In this document: one piece after another, positions 26,749 through 51,817 of the stretch
Numbering within the stretch: the first letter of the stretch is position 1
Layout: each line of letters starts with the position of its first letter
Made by a program: the position numbers and the translations under genes
The notes under the pieces: model-generated
Database searches by the model: none
What the model was told of the DNA's origin: nothing
Seen by the model: only the letters and a program-made list of their open reading frames with translations
DNA from: Lytechinus pictus
Taxonomy: Eukaryota
DNA length: 64,000 nucleotides
Direction: 5' to 3'
Assembly: GCF_037042905.1 (NCBI RefSeq)
Contig: NC_087251.1
Location: 17,300,001-17,364,000 of the forward strand

Positions 26749-27266
26749 TGAGTACCGCATTTCCCAAACACATTGTTTATGTACACACCATTATGTACAT
26801 AAACATTACAAAGATGGTTCCTGGTTTCCTAAAAAAGAATGCATCATTTTGATCATACATTCTTATAATATATACCCACTTCTGATGAATAATTATGTTA
26901 TGCTGCCTTTTCCATTACAAAGTTCATACCATAATGTTTTGCTGAGAAACAGAAGGAGCTGTGCTTGAAAGCATCGCTATTTTTTCAATGGTGATCAAAT
27001 CACCAACATAGTTTTAGACCAACACAACCCGGCAACACAATTTAATTTCAATACATGTAGTTTAGATATGAAAAGATAAGCATATTATGTATCAAGACTA
27101 CTAATGCACAAGGCATTTGGCAAGATATTCACTGTCTGACTGATAATAGCTCCATGTTTGGACACTTCCCCTTGCAACATCATGCATTCAAAACTTGAAG
27201 TAACAATGATATAATAAAAACACAAAACATTCTCATACACACACAAACATCTCAGTGCACCTTTAA

Positions 27267-27858
27267 AGGACAAGTCCACCTCAACAAAAAGTTGATTTGA
27301 ATGAAAAGAGAAAAATCCAACAAGCATAAGACTGAAAATTTTATCAAAGTCGGATGTAAAATAAGAAAGTTATGACATATTAAAGTTTCGCTTAATTTCA
27401 CAAAACAGTTATATACACATCCTGGGGAGCGTTTCATCAATATTTTCATCCGACAAGTTGTCAGATCTGACATCTTTCCATGATTTTGATTGGCAGAGAG
27501 GCACAGTTCCTATGGTAACTTTCGGATAAAATGGGACTTGTCGGATAAAACGTCCGACAAGTCCTTTCATGAAACGCCCCCCTGGTCGGCATGCAAATAA
27601 GGGGACTGATGACGTCATCAACTGACTATTTCTTTTGCATTTTATTATACGAAATATGAAACATTTTAATTATCTCCTCATTGTCTTGAGTAATAAAGTT
27701 TTATTCCTCCCTGAACATGTGGAATTAATATTGTTTAACATGTGTCGTTCAGTCAAGTTGGTCATTATTGTCAAATCTGTAAAAGAGATGAAATTCGTAT
27801 GATTCAATAAACAATAAAAACACAAGAAATAGTGAGTGAGTGACAATATCGACTCTCA
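27267..27858. mobile_element. TTAA-flanked MITE (Kolobok-like), truncated reverse-orientation copy 3 with a nested MITE
   Basis: Starts ttaa|aggacaagtccacc, is interrupted at 27425-27581, and lacks the other end where it abuts the SRCR pseudo-exon. Confidence 0.8.
27425..27581. mobile_element. About 157-bp MITE (GGGAGCGTTTCAT TIR, CWG target; Harbinger-like)
   Basis: CTG duplicated on both sides and the host sequence is restored on removal. Other copies at 48050-48205, about 63047-63176 and a fragment at about 56543. Confidence 0.8.
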
Positions 27859-28183
27859 TCCCTGCATCTTTACTGTGCCTGCAATTGTAAAGTCCCAATT
27901 TTTTTAATGACGTGACAGTCTATTAAATGTCTCTCATATCCATTACATCCTAGTCCATATAGAAGAATAGGACCCGATCTAGAACCAAAGACTGGTTGTA
28001 TGTTACGGAAATCTGTATTTACTAAGGCTTCTAGAGCATCCGGGTAACCAAGCTGTCTACAGACCACTCCTGCATCGATCATGTCCCATCCATCACCACA
28101 TATTGTTCCCCAAACTCCTGATTCTCCAAGAATCTCAACACGACCCTCACCAGGTACAATTCCATTGGAGATGCGAAGACTTC
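27859..28183 (-). pseudogene. Inverted SRCR pseudo-exon, paralog of exon 36852-37193
   Basis: The reverse complement reads SLRISNGIVPGEGRVEILGESGVWGTICGDGWDMIDAGVVCRQLGYP..., nearly the same as SRCR domain 2. The acceptor AG is retained; there is a frameshift near the end and the exon is cut before VRC and the donor by an abutting MITE. Confidence 0.85.
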
Positions 28184-28712
28184 CTGTTGTTATTGAGAAA
28201 AGAAAATGGTTGAACTTACTTGGTCATGAAAAGTTATCAAATGAAATGACTATATGTTTTGGGCAATCGGCGACGATCCCTTGGGGCTGGTATATATATA
28301 AAAAGCGCTTATAGATACGTCATTCCGATGTATTAAGCGCTATATTAAAGCGGAATATTATTATTGTTATTGATTGCATTCTTGTCATTAAATGTCATAG
28401 CGTTCTCGTCTTATCTATGTCATGATAGCGTTCTCGTCATAGTATAAATGTTCTTGCCATTATGTCTTGGCCATGATAGGTCTACCCAGTCTGCATCAGG
28501 GCTCTCATGCAGGAAAAATACCGAATTTAAGAATCTTGTTTTTTTTTTACTTCAGTCCTCGTAATGTCAACTTATTCTGATCAAGTCACAATTCACATGG
28601 CATTTACCTTTAGACATGGTCAATTTTAGGCCTACTTCGCCAGACATCCAGTACAGGAATGCAGGGATCAGGGAGTAAAATGTAAGTTCTTTTTAAAAAT
28701 GTTATAACTTAA

Positions 28713-29300
28713 AGGTCAAGTCCACCCCAGAAAAATGCTGACTTGAATAAATAGAGAAAAATCAAACTAGCATAGCGCTGAAAATTTCATCAAAATCGGA
28801 TGTAAAATAAGAAAGTTATGACATTTTAAAGTTTCGCTTATTTTTCACAAAACAGTGATATGCACAACTAGGTGAGTCAGTTGATGATGCCCATCACTCA
28901 CTATTTCTTTTGTTTGTTATTGTTTGAATTATACAATATTTCATTAATAGATTTGACAATAAGGACCAACTTGACTGAACCATATAGTGTTAAACAATGC
29001 TAATTTCACATGTTCAGGGAGGAATTAATCGTTGTATCACTTCACAATGAGGAGAAAATTAGAATATTTCATATTTTATATGATAAAATACAAAAGAAAT
29101 AGTGAGTGGATGACATCATAGTCTCCTCATTTGCATACCAGCCATAATGTGCATATAACTGTTTTGTGAAATTAAGCGAAACTTTAAAAGGTCATAACTT
29201 TTTTATTTTACATCCGATTTTGATGAAATTTTCAGTGTTATGCTTGTTGGATTTTTCTCTTTTTATTCAAATAAACTTTTTGTTGGGGTGGACTTGTCCT
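28713..29300. mobile_element. TTAA-flanked MITE (Kolobok-like), family copy 2
   Basis: ttaa|aggtcaagtccacccc ... ggggtggacttgtcct|ttaa. Confidence 0.85.
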
Positions 29301-29759
29301 TTAAAACATCTCCGAATGCTAACTTAATGGTCATTAGTTAATTTCACAAAATGTGTCATCGTTTAAAAAGTCGATTCCAGAGATAATTAGATACAGAGAC
29401 ACTAATGTCTGCGTTCTGAATCTTCCCAACGGCCAACTTTTTAGAAATGAAATCATAGGAAAATTCCTCATAAAGAAAAATGCTTTTGAATTCGAATTAA
29501 TCGTGTTATTCCTGGGTGTGTTATTGTTCAATCTTTGTGTGTGGGAGGGGGGTCCGTGATAATCATTTCCAATGTTGGATGATAAAAATAAAAATTATAA
29601 ATTATAATTCAAGATGACCAAAGTAAATATGAGACAGGGAGAGAAGGAGAAAAAAGTAAGAAATCGCGTTCATAGTAGATGTAGGCATACTGATGAAAAA
29701 TAAAATGCCATTTTGTAGATTTGTTACGTCATCAATCAATCATAATTATCATTACTATT

Positions 29760-29790
<31 letters not shown>

Positions 29791-30229
29791 TCAATGAAAT
29801 CAATGATGAAAATTGTCATCAACACCACCACCACTACAGCATGAGCCAAAGTGCAAATGAGAATATAGTATTTTGGAAAGTACACCATAATAATTTCGAA
29901 CGCGACAAAAATAACTCTCCCCCTCTACTCACGTACACGCGTTCATGTGAGGTTTTTGCATTCTGCCAACCGACATTATCTACATGAGATGAGGCATGCA
30001 GAATATACACGGGCAGGATACACTCCGGAAACTGTGTATCTCCTTGCTCATATTGAATGGAACATGCACTTACCATGCTCGAGCTATAGTTACTTACTCT
30101 GCGCTCCAGCATAATGGGAGACAAAATATGTTCCTGATATGAAATATTGCATAAGATAAATGATAGACATTTTGATGAAATGATTGCAAGCAGCTGTATA
30201 CATGTTGTATGGTCGATTATAAATATCCA

Positions 30230-30540
30230 GGCCCGTATTCTGATAGCAGGTTTAACTTAAACTCAGGTTTAAAGTTGAGGCTTAAGTATGGATAGCCAAT
30301 TGTTACATAAATCACTAACAGTAGAGATATCATACTTCAGATCATTTGGCTCTCAAATCATTCATAATTGTCTAGGAAGTATAAATAGATGATTGTCTTG
30401 GCATCGATGAATCAGGAAAGAGCACAGTAAACATAAGAAACATACAACTTAATAAAAATTTTGATACTTTTGGCTTCCCATACTTAAACCACAACTTTAA
30501 ACCTGGATTTAAGTTAAACCTGCTATCAGAATACGGGCCC
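30230..30540. mobile_element. About 310-bp MITE (GGCCCGTATTCTGA TIR)
   Basis: About 55-bp TIRs; second copy at 62326-62624. Confidence 0.8.
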
Positions 30541-31589
30541 CAGTGTTTAAGCAAGGAGTGTTGACTCTCTTCTTTGTATTACACACATGTATTAGTAAGC
30601 CTGCATTATAGGCCTACTAATACATGCGTTCAGTATGACAAAAACCAGGACATTCCGGGGTTCGATTGGTTTACTCACCTGATCTCATTCGACTTGTATG
30701 GAACTATAGAAATGTATGTCTAGTGCATTTAAGCCTACATGATGGAAACACGTCACATTCGTTCAGAATCTGATGGAAACCATTTTTTTCTGTACTACAA
30801 AATTATTAATCATTTAAAATAAAAGAAGAGAAAGAAAGAGGTCGTGGTTCAACAGTTACCTCATCGACCACTTATTTCAGTGTTATATACTTTATGCTGA
30901 CTTATACCGCTAATAATCCAATCATGAAAATGATGAATTGTCATAGACAATTTTTTTTATATCGTGTGTATAGGAATAAATGCTTATGTGTAATTTTTTC
31001 AAATACAGGTCTACGCTGATAATAGTGTGGAGAAGGCCCCTAATAATTGGCTTAGTTATAATGGAAAACATACATTATCCTTCAGAGTTCAACTCAAAAG
31101 CCCGAAAGGTATATAGGCCTACTGTCAGTCAGAGCAACGAGATATCAACTCCTTGGTCAGAGAACATAGAAAAGGTGACAACGATATATACGAGGCACGC
31201 GTGAAACTCTCGCTCCACTGAACAAACGATGCTTTGACCGGATTATCCAAGCCTTGATAAGAATCTGACAAGGTCTGACCTTCGCTAAGGTCAGTCAGGG
31301 TCGCACGCGACTCTTATTTTGACGAGCAAGTAAATATGTCCTCAACTCGTGGTCTCTGAGGTCGCGCGACTCGGGAACTTCCCCGATTACGTAAGACCTC
31401 CCTGATAAGTGGAAGAGAGGACGGGAGAAAGCATGGGAGTCATTTAACGAAACGGATAAGACGTAAAGACGAATGAAGACACCCAGGACAGTTCAATTAA
31501 AAAAAAATATATGCCATCAGGATCTAACTTTCTTTATGGCACTAAATTAAAGAATATGGAGACTGCAGAAAAAAGATATTCAGTCAAGT

Positions 31590-31880
31590 TGGGCTCATCG
31601 GGGTAGCGAATGACAAAAGTAATAAGTGGAAAAGTCACCGGACGATAAAGCACGAGGTCCATGGTTCGAATCCCTACGCAGCACCCACATCCAGGTGTAA
31701 TATGATGGGTAAGTGATCGAGCGCCTGATCATAGCCGTGCTAAAGCTGGGGTCATTATCATGCTAAGAAGAGCCAAGTGGAAGAAGTTTCGGAACTGAAG
31801 TGGCTACCTCCTTGGTAAAATATGGCGTTATCATCATTATTGTTATTAATATTATTATTTCATTATTAACATTATTATCT
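31590..31880 (+). mobile_element. Degenerate tRNA-derived SINE
   Basis: B-box GGTTCGAATCC at about 31663, a LINE-like 3' end (aactgaagtggctacc...aaaatatggcgttat) and an (ATT)n tail. Confidence 0.5.
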
Positions 31881-32466
31881 TTGTTATATTTTTGAACTTA
31901 GTAATTTTCTCCTCAATCGGATAGGCTCCCCCTCCTTCTGTCCCCTCTTCTCCCCCTTTCTTTCTTTATTTCGTATTACAAACCCACCCACCCTCACACA
32001 CACCCTCACTAACACACACACCCTCTAACCGACCCACTCACCCCCACACACTTTTTTTTGTCTTCTCTGTTTTTCTACCTCTTTCTCTCTTTCCTCAGCC
32101 CGGGCGTGTTGGACCAGAGTGTTTGTTTATGCCTCGTTAAGCTTTTGTAGATGTGCGACCCACCGTATCACACGACCGACTTTGCAAATATGAAATCATA
32201 TAATATGCCTACCATTCGCTAATATACACATTGTGTTATTTGAAGGTAGCAAGGGAAGTACTGCCGTATAATAGAATGACTGAATTTCACTGAAATCATG
32301 CATTGTCATTCTTCCCGCGCGAGGATAGATTATTTTGTACAATTTTTCATCATCAAAATTTAAAATTTTGGAGTGTACCCTATCAGTTTGAGGTAATACC
32401 ACCACTTGGAAACCATCATTAAGAGTACACATTCAGACTGTGTCATAATATTGGGATCAGTTTACG

Positions 32467-44536
<12,070 letters not shown>

Positions 44537-45771
44537 CAGACGATGTTGAAATTAATTCCAGTGATCCTATAATAACCGCATTCAATCATCTCAAATCGAC
44601 ACCGATGTATCGAATGTTGGAACTCGTTCAGAACCTTCTCTGACTTTAATCGAAGACAATGACACTTCATAGGTGTTATAAACATGGTAAATGACACACA
44701 ACCAATCCGACCAATTAAACAGCTATTACGTTAACGGCGCCATCTTGTCAAACGAATCTCCTGTTCTTTAAAACATTACTCATGCCGAGAGTGTATTTCC
44801 AACAATCATGATGTTGTAACTCTGTAAGGTGATCATTATTCATGCATTTTCTCTGTATTTGCATTGACTTAAAATGGACGGGTTTTTTTCGTTTTGAATG
44901 TTTCTTTTTTTTAATTGAAAGGGATGAACACTTCAAATATGATAACTTCAAATATTTTAATTACCTTTTTATAACATTGAATATTTTCGCAGGAGTTTCT
45001 ACATTTATTGCATATTATGCAAAACATATTTACAATACATGAACATAATCATCACATGACGTGATAAAATAATATTACCATGTGGCAATTTTATAATATA
45101 GGAATAACGTAATTTGGACATAAATACAATTTTGTAAGCACATAGTATAGTGAAATCTTGAAGAAAAAAAATGCACAGACCACTTACAAGGAAAAAAATG
45201 CTTGAGACATAGCATAGCATGACAGTACTAATATGATAATTATTACAGTACTATAGTAGGCATGCCAGTATCCCAAATGTATCATTAACCTAATTACTTC
45301 AAAGTATACCGTTTGGCATTTAGGCCTTATTGATATAGATGTGAAAAAAGCATATATTGTACAAAATATTCATATTTAGGCCTACATAATGTATAGTACA
45401 TGGGTGGAAACGCTATAGGATGCATGGCATAATGCTAATGTATTCTGCTCCTGAATGAGGTGTTGCCAACTACGATGTTGACAACAGTCAATGTAAAATC
45501 ATGATAAGTTGGTGAGAAGCCAGTAATCGACTAATGAACTTCTCAAGTTTGGACTCTGCGCTTTCACTCGCGAGCTTCTCCCATCTGACTCTGTCTCATT
45601 ACAAAATTCAATAAATTGAAATTGTTGTAAGGTTTATATTCAATAAATTAATTTTATTCAAGAAAAGTCGGGTGTTTGAAATAATTTTTGATTTCATATT
45701 CTCTGCAAAAGTAAAACGTTTCAGATTTTATCTCATTTTTTAAATTATTATTCATTTATTTATTCATCTTT

Positions 45772-45803
<32 letters not shown>

Positions 45804-46598
45804 GGGGGGGGGGGCATTTTATAATCCACACAGCTTTTCAAGCCTGTACTTTTCTAAACAGACGGAGGAGGTTATCAGTATGGTCCTGCTACTCCTGTGT
45901 ATCTGGAAAGAAGATTGAAGTTGAAGTCAGAAAAATAAAACCTTAACTAAAACCATTACTCTATTAATTTTGACGGATTTCATCAAAGTTGAATATTGAA
46001 GTGTGTGTTGTCTATTAAATGTAGGACTGAAAATAAATAAATTGAGCCAATCTACCCCTTTTTACACTGGGTGGCTGGTGACGCCACTGTAGGAGCCCTG
46101 GATGATGGCAGTTTGCACAAAGTGTGGTTGAATGAAGCACCCCCCCCAAAAAAAATGAAAAGAAAAGAATTAAATAATGAATAAAAGAAACGTTTTTATT
46201 GCTCCCAAATGAACACATTTTACGGGGCGCGCCTTCCCAATTCCCTGATTGCGCCCCCCCCCCCCCCCCTCGGCCAAAATAACACAGAGTTTTTCATCTG
46301 AAGAGCGCCGAATAATTGACAATTTTGTATGTTTTAACAGTATTTTAATATCAAGTTAAATGGTTTTAGAATGCTTTCAGATGTTTATTTAACATATTTT
46401 GCATTGCATATATATGGGGAGGGGTTAAATCGATATGACCCCACTCTCATACTTTTTATGAGGCGATGGCCCCTGCACCCTAGGAACGACGCCTCCGTTC
46501 AGAGTGATTCAAATCTATTCACTACAATACTCTATCTCTATAATGTGTTAAACAGGGAAGCGATCTCGGTCATGTTCTTTTGCAGTCATATATCTACA

Positions 46599-48220
46599 CA
46601 GGCGCGTAGCCAGGGGGGGCGGTGGGGGCGGTCGCCCCCCCCCAAAAAAAACGTCCCCAAAAAGAAAAAAAAGAAGGGAAAAAAAGAGAGGAGAAAAGGA
46701 AAAGGGAAGGGAAGAAAGGTAGCTTTGTGTTTTTTTTTTCTTTTTATTCTTTTTTTTTCTCAAAAGAGAAACTCCTTCACTCTTGCTCTAAATTTATGAT
46801 TATGAATTTTGCTTCCGCGCTGCGCGCGGTTAAATGAAAATATTGAAGATCTCCATTGTTTCCCCCACCCTTTCTCTAACCCTGTTTTTCTACCTCAGCT
46901 ATATGTGTTTATTGCCAGTTAAAGTTCAAATGTATACATTAGGGCATGGAATTAGAGTAAGGTTAGGCCGTAATATATGAAGTTATCTTTTTTTTTAATT
47001 GATCGCGCAACTTCTGGTCGGGTCGGCTCCGGGCGGGTAAAATCTTTATATCAATTTCTGCCGTCACCTCCATAAAGTCAACTTCTCCCGCTTTTCAGCT
47101 CATTACTAAACAACCATAATTTTTGGGGCAAACAGGTTCCTAATCCAAAAAGAGGAAGGTATAAAATTCGTATCGTATAAGGGTATTAAATAAAAAAGTA
47201 CAATATTTTTTATCAAATTCTATTCAACTTCATGTCATTTCCCTGTACATTCATCTCCTGTCTTGTTTTTCGCCCTCAGTTTGAAATTTTGAATGACTCT
47301 TAAGTTTCTTTATAATTCAAAATGAAGCGCTTCAGGATAAGTCAAAGAAATTAGGCATCCTTTTTATATAATTTCAATAAATCACAGAAGTTTCAACTTT
47401 TTGCGCACTATTTTCCTTTTAATGAAGTTCAATAATCTTAGAAAATTAATTGAATTAGAGCCGATGGGGTATTGGAGATATCTGTATTATTTTGATGAAA
47501 CATCCGCCCTTTGCAATTTCAGAGTTTCGTTGCTCTGCGCGGGGAGGAATATCTTCCTCCTGGCATATACACTTCTTCTCCTCTGTTTTGCCAGTTAAAG
47601 ATATGCACTGTCGCTAAATTGTTTGTAATCAAATCTGATCTTTCCAAGGGAAGTATTCAATATATGTTTGAGAATATCCTTTTCTCGGGTACCTTTTCAT
47701 GGCAAAAAATTGATAAAACGCTTTAGCTTCCGCACTTCGCGCGGGGTTATTATCATTTTAATTTCCTCCATTGTATTCCTTTTTTGTGCGTTCATAATCT
47801 TTTTTTAAATCAAGGTTCATGAAAACCAGGTTCAAAATCACAATATAGTCAACTGAATTGGAGCTGATATAGATACTAGAGACAAGAGAGACGACTCCTT
47901 TTCATTTTAATTTATGAAACACCAAAAGCTTCGCGCTTCGCGCGGGAGAGGGAAACTCCCCCTCCCTGCATCCACCCCCTAGGGAGCGCGCTCTGTAAGC
48001 GTTGGCACGCTTCGCGTGTATTTACCGCCCCCTCCAAAATGAAATCCAGGGGAGCGTTTCATCAACATTTTTGTCTGACAAGTTGTCAGATCTGACATCT
48101 TTCCTGGATTCTGATTGGCCGAGAGCCACTGTTACTATGGTAACTGTCGGATAAAACAGGACTTGTCGGATAAAACGTCTGACAAGTCCTTCATGAAACA
48201 CTCCCCTGGCTACGCGGTTG
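46599..48220. mobile_element. hAT-like non-autonomous element
   Basis: caggcgcgtagccagg ... tggctacgcggttg termini; 8-bp TSD tatctaca/tatctgca. Confidence 0.75.
48050..48205. mobile_element. About 156-bp MITE of the same family, inserted in the right TIR of the 46599-48220 element
   Basis: gggagcgtttcat...atgaaacactccc with cag/ctg flanks. Confidence 0.8.
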
Positions 48221-49673
48221 TATCTGCATGTTGAATATCCCATTCAGGAATGTAAAGATGTTGTAGATGGACATAAAAGGAAGTTAAAGTGCTTTACATG
48301 CTAGATTTCATTTTGATTTTTTTCTTGTCACCACATTCCTTCATTATGTTTTTCAGGAGGTAAAGGTGCCCACCGTGCCATTAAAGTCCCCAGTCCCTGT
48401 CAAATTCTATTATTCCTGATATTTCACTTTCATAGGTGAAAGAAATGAAACGCGGCTGGAAAGATTTTCAACACAAACCCATTCCTAATAGTTGCCCCCT
48501 GTGAAATGAAACCACATGGCCTCATCTATAAGACCCCATTGCAAGTCAAAAAATCAATCGCAAGTCCCAAATGCGCGCTGTTGATTGGTTGAAAATCAAG
48601 TTGCGCATGATTTTTAGAGTTGCGATTGATTGCAACTCTTTCTGCAACGGGCAGATTGGTGTTATGGAGATGAAATGGTTATAAAAACCGATTCTTAAGT
48701 ATTTTGAATATGCGATTTTTTTTTGCTCGGTCGCTACGCATCCTATTGAAAAAATGAGCATGAAAGGGGGGAACTATAGCTGCTAGGTCACCCTTGCTGG
48801 ATACGATAGGCCATTTTCATTGTACCTTAAACCAACATTCAACATATTTCAAGTCTATAGAACCGCGCCTGCCTCGGTTACTTAGATGTTAAGTGAATTT
48901 TCCTCAGGTTTACAAGGGTCACCGCATGACTGCATTACGTGCGGCCTTGAGAAACGGGCCAGGCGGCGATTCCGGGAGGCGATTCCACACATTCTAATTC
49001 AGGCCTAACGCAACCTAATTGCGTAAAACCCCTAATGGCGTATTTCATTCAGTAAACACCCGATTAACACAAAGTCTAATGGAGCAAATATATATTAGAA
49101 TGATGACTAAAATCTGTATTTTAAACCTTGAGATGGGATTCAACTTGATATCCTAACGTGAAGGGCTGGATTTAATTTGATGCCCTAGCTTACGTCGAAT
49201 GAAGATGAAAAAAACTTTTTTTTTTAAAGAGCAGACGTCGTAGGCCCTATTTGCAGCTGAAAACGGACCATTTTACGCTTTTTGTTGACGCACTCGCCGC
49301 GTGATACGTTTAATGTGGAGATCGCCACCCACCCCCCCCCCAACAAAAGAAACCCCACTAATAATAATAATAATGATAATAATAATAAAAACAATGATAA
49401 TAATAATTCCCGACACCCTCACACATAATACCACTCTCATGCACCCCTCCCTTTGAAATAGCCGAAATAACAATTACGGCCCCTACTCCACTTTTATAAG
49501 TGGAGTAACAAAAATTTTCCCTGTATGATTCTTTTTCTTTGATAATGATAGTAAACAAAGTCCTTGTTTCTTTATGTCAAAATCCAAAAGTGTTTTTAGA
49601 GGACTGTAGACAGTTTTGAAGAAAATGTAAGAGTAAGTCTAGGATTATTGGCAATTCTTCTATTCTGCATGAT

Positions 49674-51139
49674 CAGTGGCGTAACTACGGGGGGGGCATG
49701 GGGGGCACGTGCCCCCCCCCCCCCCAATCGGCTGGCCAAAAAAAAAAAAAAAAAAAAATGGGGGAAAAAAAAAGGGAGAAAGGAAGAGACGTAGTGGGGA
49801 AAGAAGAAATTATTGTTCATTAAAATGTTATATTATGTTATGTTACATTACATAAGAAGCATTTTTTCATTACGTTATGAAACATTATTTGCTCAAGGCC
49901 TTTGTCTTCAATGTTCCTGGTGCTCGCATAGACTGTTTAACGGGATACCCTGTTGTACTAAAACCTCCAAATTCTCAAATCAATATACACCAAATATATT
50001 TCCTCGCAATTCGAGTTATTATTGTTTTATGTAGTGACATTTGCTTCTTTTTCATGACTATACTTAAAGTGATTGCCCTATTTTAAGGTCTTAATATACA
50101 GATATAAAACATTTCCTGTCCGTGCTAACGTTCGCATTAGTTGATTGGTGAGATGTCTGCTCTTCATGAATTCCTAAAATCTGTCCTTAAAATGTCAAAT
50201 TTTCTGATCTGAATATCAATTTTCAGCTCGCGCTTGACGCTCGCATCATTTGGTTAGTGAAATACGTAAGGTCTTAGTGAATTCCTACAAACAAGTCTTA
50301 GAATGCCCCTCTTCAGGTGTGAATTTCAAAAAAATTTAGCTCGCGCTTCGCGCTCGCAGTATTTGATTAGTGAGATGCGTATGATAATCATGATTATACA
50401 ATGACTACACTGTTAGAAAATTTATCCTTAAAATAAAAGAAGTTCCTGCAGCAGAGTCTCGAGAACACCTGAAATCTTACCAGATTGCGTAATCTTACAG
50501 GAAATTGGTATTTGGTGTATGGAACCTTACAAATTTCCTTTAATAAAACACCCTTTCCCCCCTTTTTAACAGACCTGTTAAATTGCAGAAAAATTCCCGT
50601 TTTATGAATTTACAGAATGATTCTGTTATTGCTTTTTGCAAAATCTTCTTTCTTTTTTCTGTAAAATCAGTTTTTTTTTAACAGTGTACAAAAAGTGCTT
50701 CATGTGTTTAGATGTAATTCTAACAAAATCAGCAAAGGATGGCACTAGCATTAGATGACTATGCTGAGATATTTATACTCTAAATGGATTCCTAAAATAT
50801 AGTCCTTAAAATGTCCCTGTTTGGGTCAATATATACAAAAATTTCAGCTCGCGCTTTGCGCTCGCATTGTTTGTTTAGCGAGACAGATCATAATTACAAA
50901 AAAATTGCTTATAATGTCCATTTTAGGTCTGAATATCAAAAATTTTAAGCTCGCGCTTCGCGCTCGCATTATCTAATCAGTGAGATACATATCTGTTTAA
51001 TGGCACTGCATGTCCTTAAAATGTCTCTATTAGGTCAGTATACCTGACAACTGAGCGCGCTTCGCACGCTCCCTAAGTGACTCGAAATTTTTGCTGGTGC
51101 CCCCCCCCCCCCAATGCCGTGACCCACGGTACGCCACTG
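49674..51139. mobile_element. hAT-like non-autonomous element with internal gctcgcgcttcgcgctcgca repeats
   Basis: CAGTGGCGTA/TACGCCACTG TIR; perfect 8-bp TSD TGCATGAT. Confidence 0.88.
50408..50686. mobile_element. CACT-type (EnSpm-like) MITE nested in the hAT-like element
   Basis: cactgttagaaaa ... ttttttaacagtg with TA duplicated. Confidence 0.7.
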
Positions 51140-51190
51140 TGCATGATCATTCACATGAACTACTACATATTGCTCTCCAACAATAAAATT

Positions 51191-51722
51191 ATTATTGTTC
51201 ATTAAAATGTTATATTATGTTATGTTACATTACATAAGAAGCATTTTTTCATTACGTTATGAAACATTATTTGCTCAAGGCCTTTGTCTTCAATGTTCCT
51301 GGTGCTCGCATAGACTGTTTAACGGGATACCCTGTTGTACTAAAACCTCCAAATTCTCAAATCAATATACACCAAATATATTTCCTCGCTTTGCGCTCGC
51401 ATTGTTTGTTTAGCGAGACAGATCATAATTACAAAAAAATTGCTTATAATGTCCATTTTAGGTCTGAATATCAAAAATTTTAAGCTCGCGCTTCGCGCTC
51501 GCATTATCTAATCAGTGAGATACATATCTGTTTAATGGCACTGCATGTCCTTAAAATGTCTCTATTAGGTCAGTATACCTGACAACTGAGCGCGCTTCGC
51601 ACGCTCCCTAAGTGACTCGAAATTTTTGCTGGTGCCCCCCCCCCCCAATGCCGTGACCCACGGTACGCCACTGTGCATGATCATTCACATGAACTACTAC
51701 ATATTGCTCTCCAACAATAAAA
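51191..51722 (+). repeat. Near-identical composite duplication of 49809-50007 plus 50855-51188
   Basis: Direct sequence identity. The junction is at cgc microhomology and the copy includes a second right TIR, the TSD and flanking DNA. Confidence 0.9.
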
Positions 51723-51817
51723 ATGTGTTCTATACATAGCAATAGCACTTTAGAACATCAATATGTAAAAATTCAAAAGATGAATTTAAAAAGGAAACCT
51801 TGAACTTATTAAGTCTG

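Noticed and set aside
28608..28690. Possible signal-peptide exon for the inverted SRCR pseudo-exon
   Set aside because: There is a phase-1 donor, but no similarity to SRCR exon 1 and no convincing hydrophobic leader.
31640..31690. tRNA gene (GGTTCGAATCC)
   Set aside because: No cloverleaf or acceptor stem; better explained as a decayed SINE head.
49813..51483. Duplicated ORF pair MFIKMLYY/MKHYLLKA as a small gene family
   Set aside because: They lie in a non-coding transposon interior and its local duplication.
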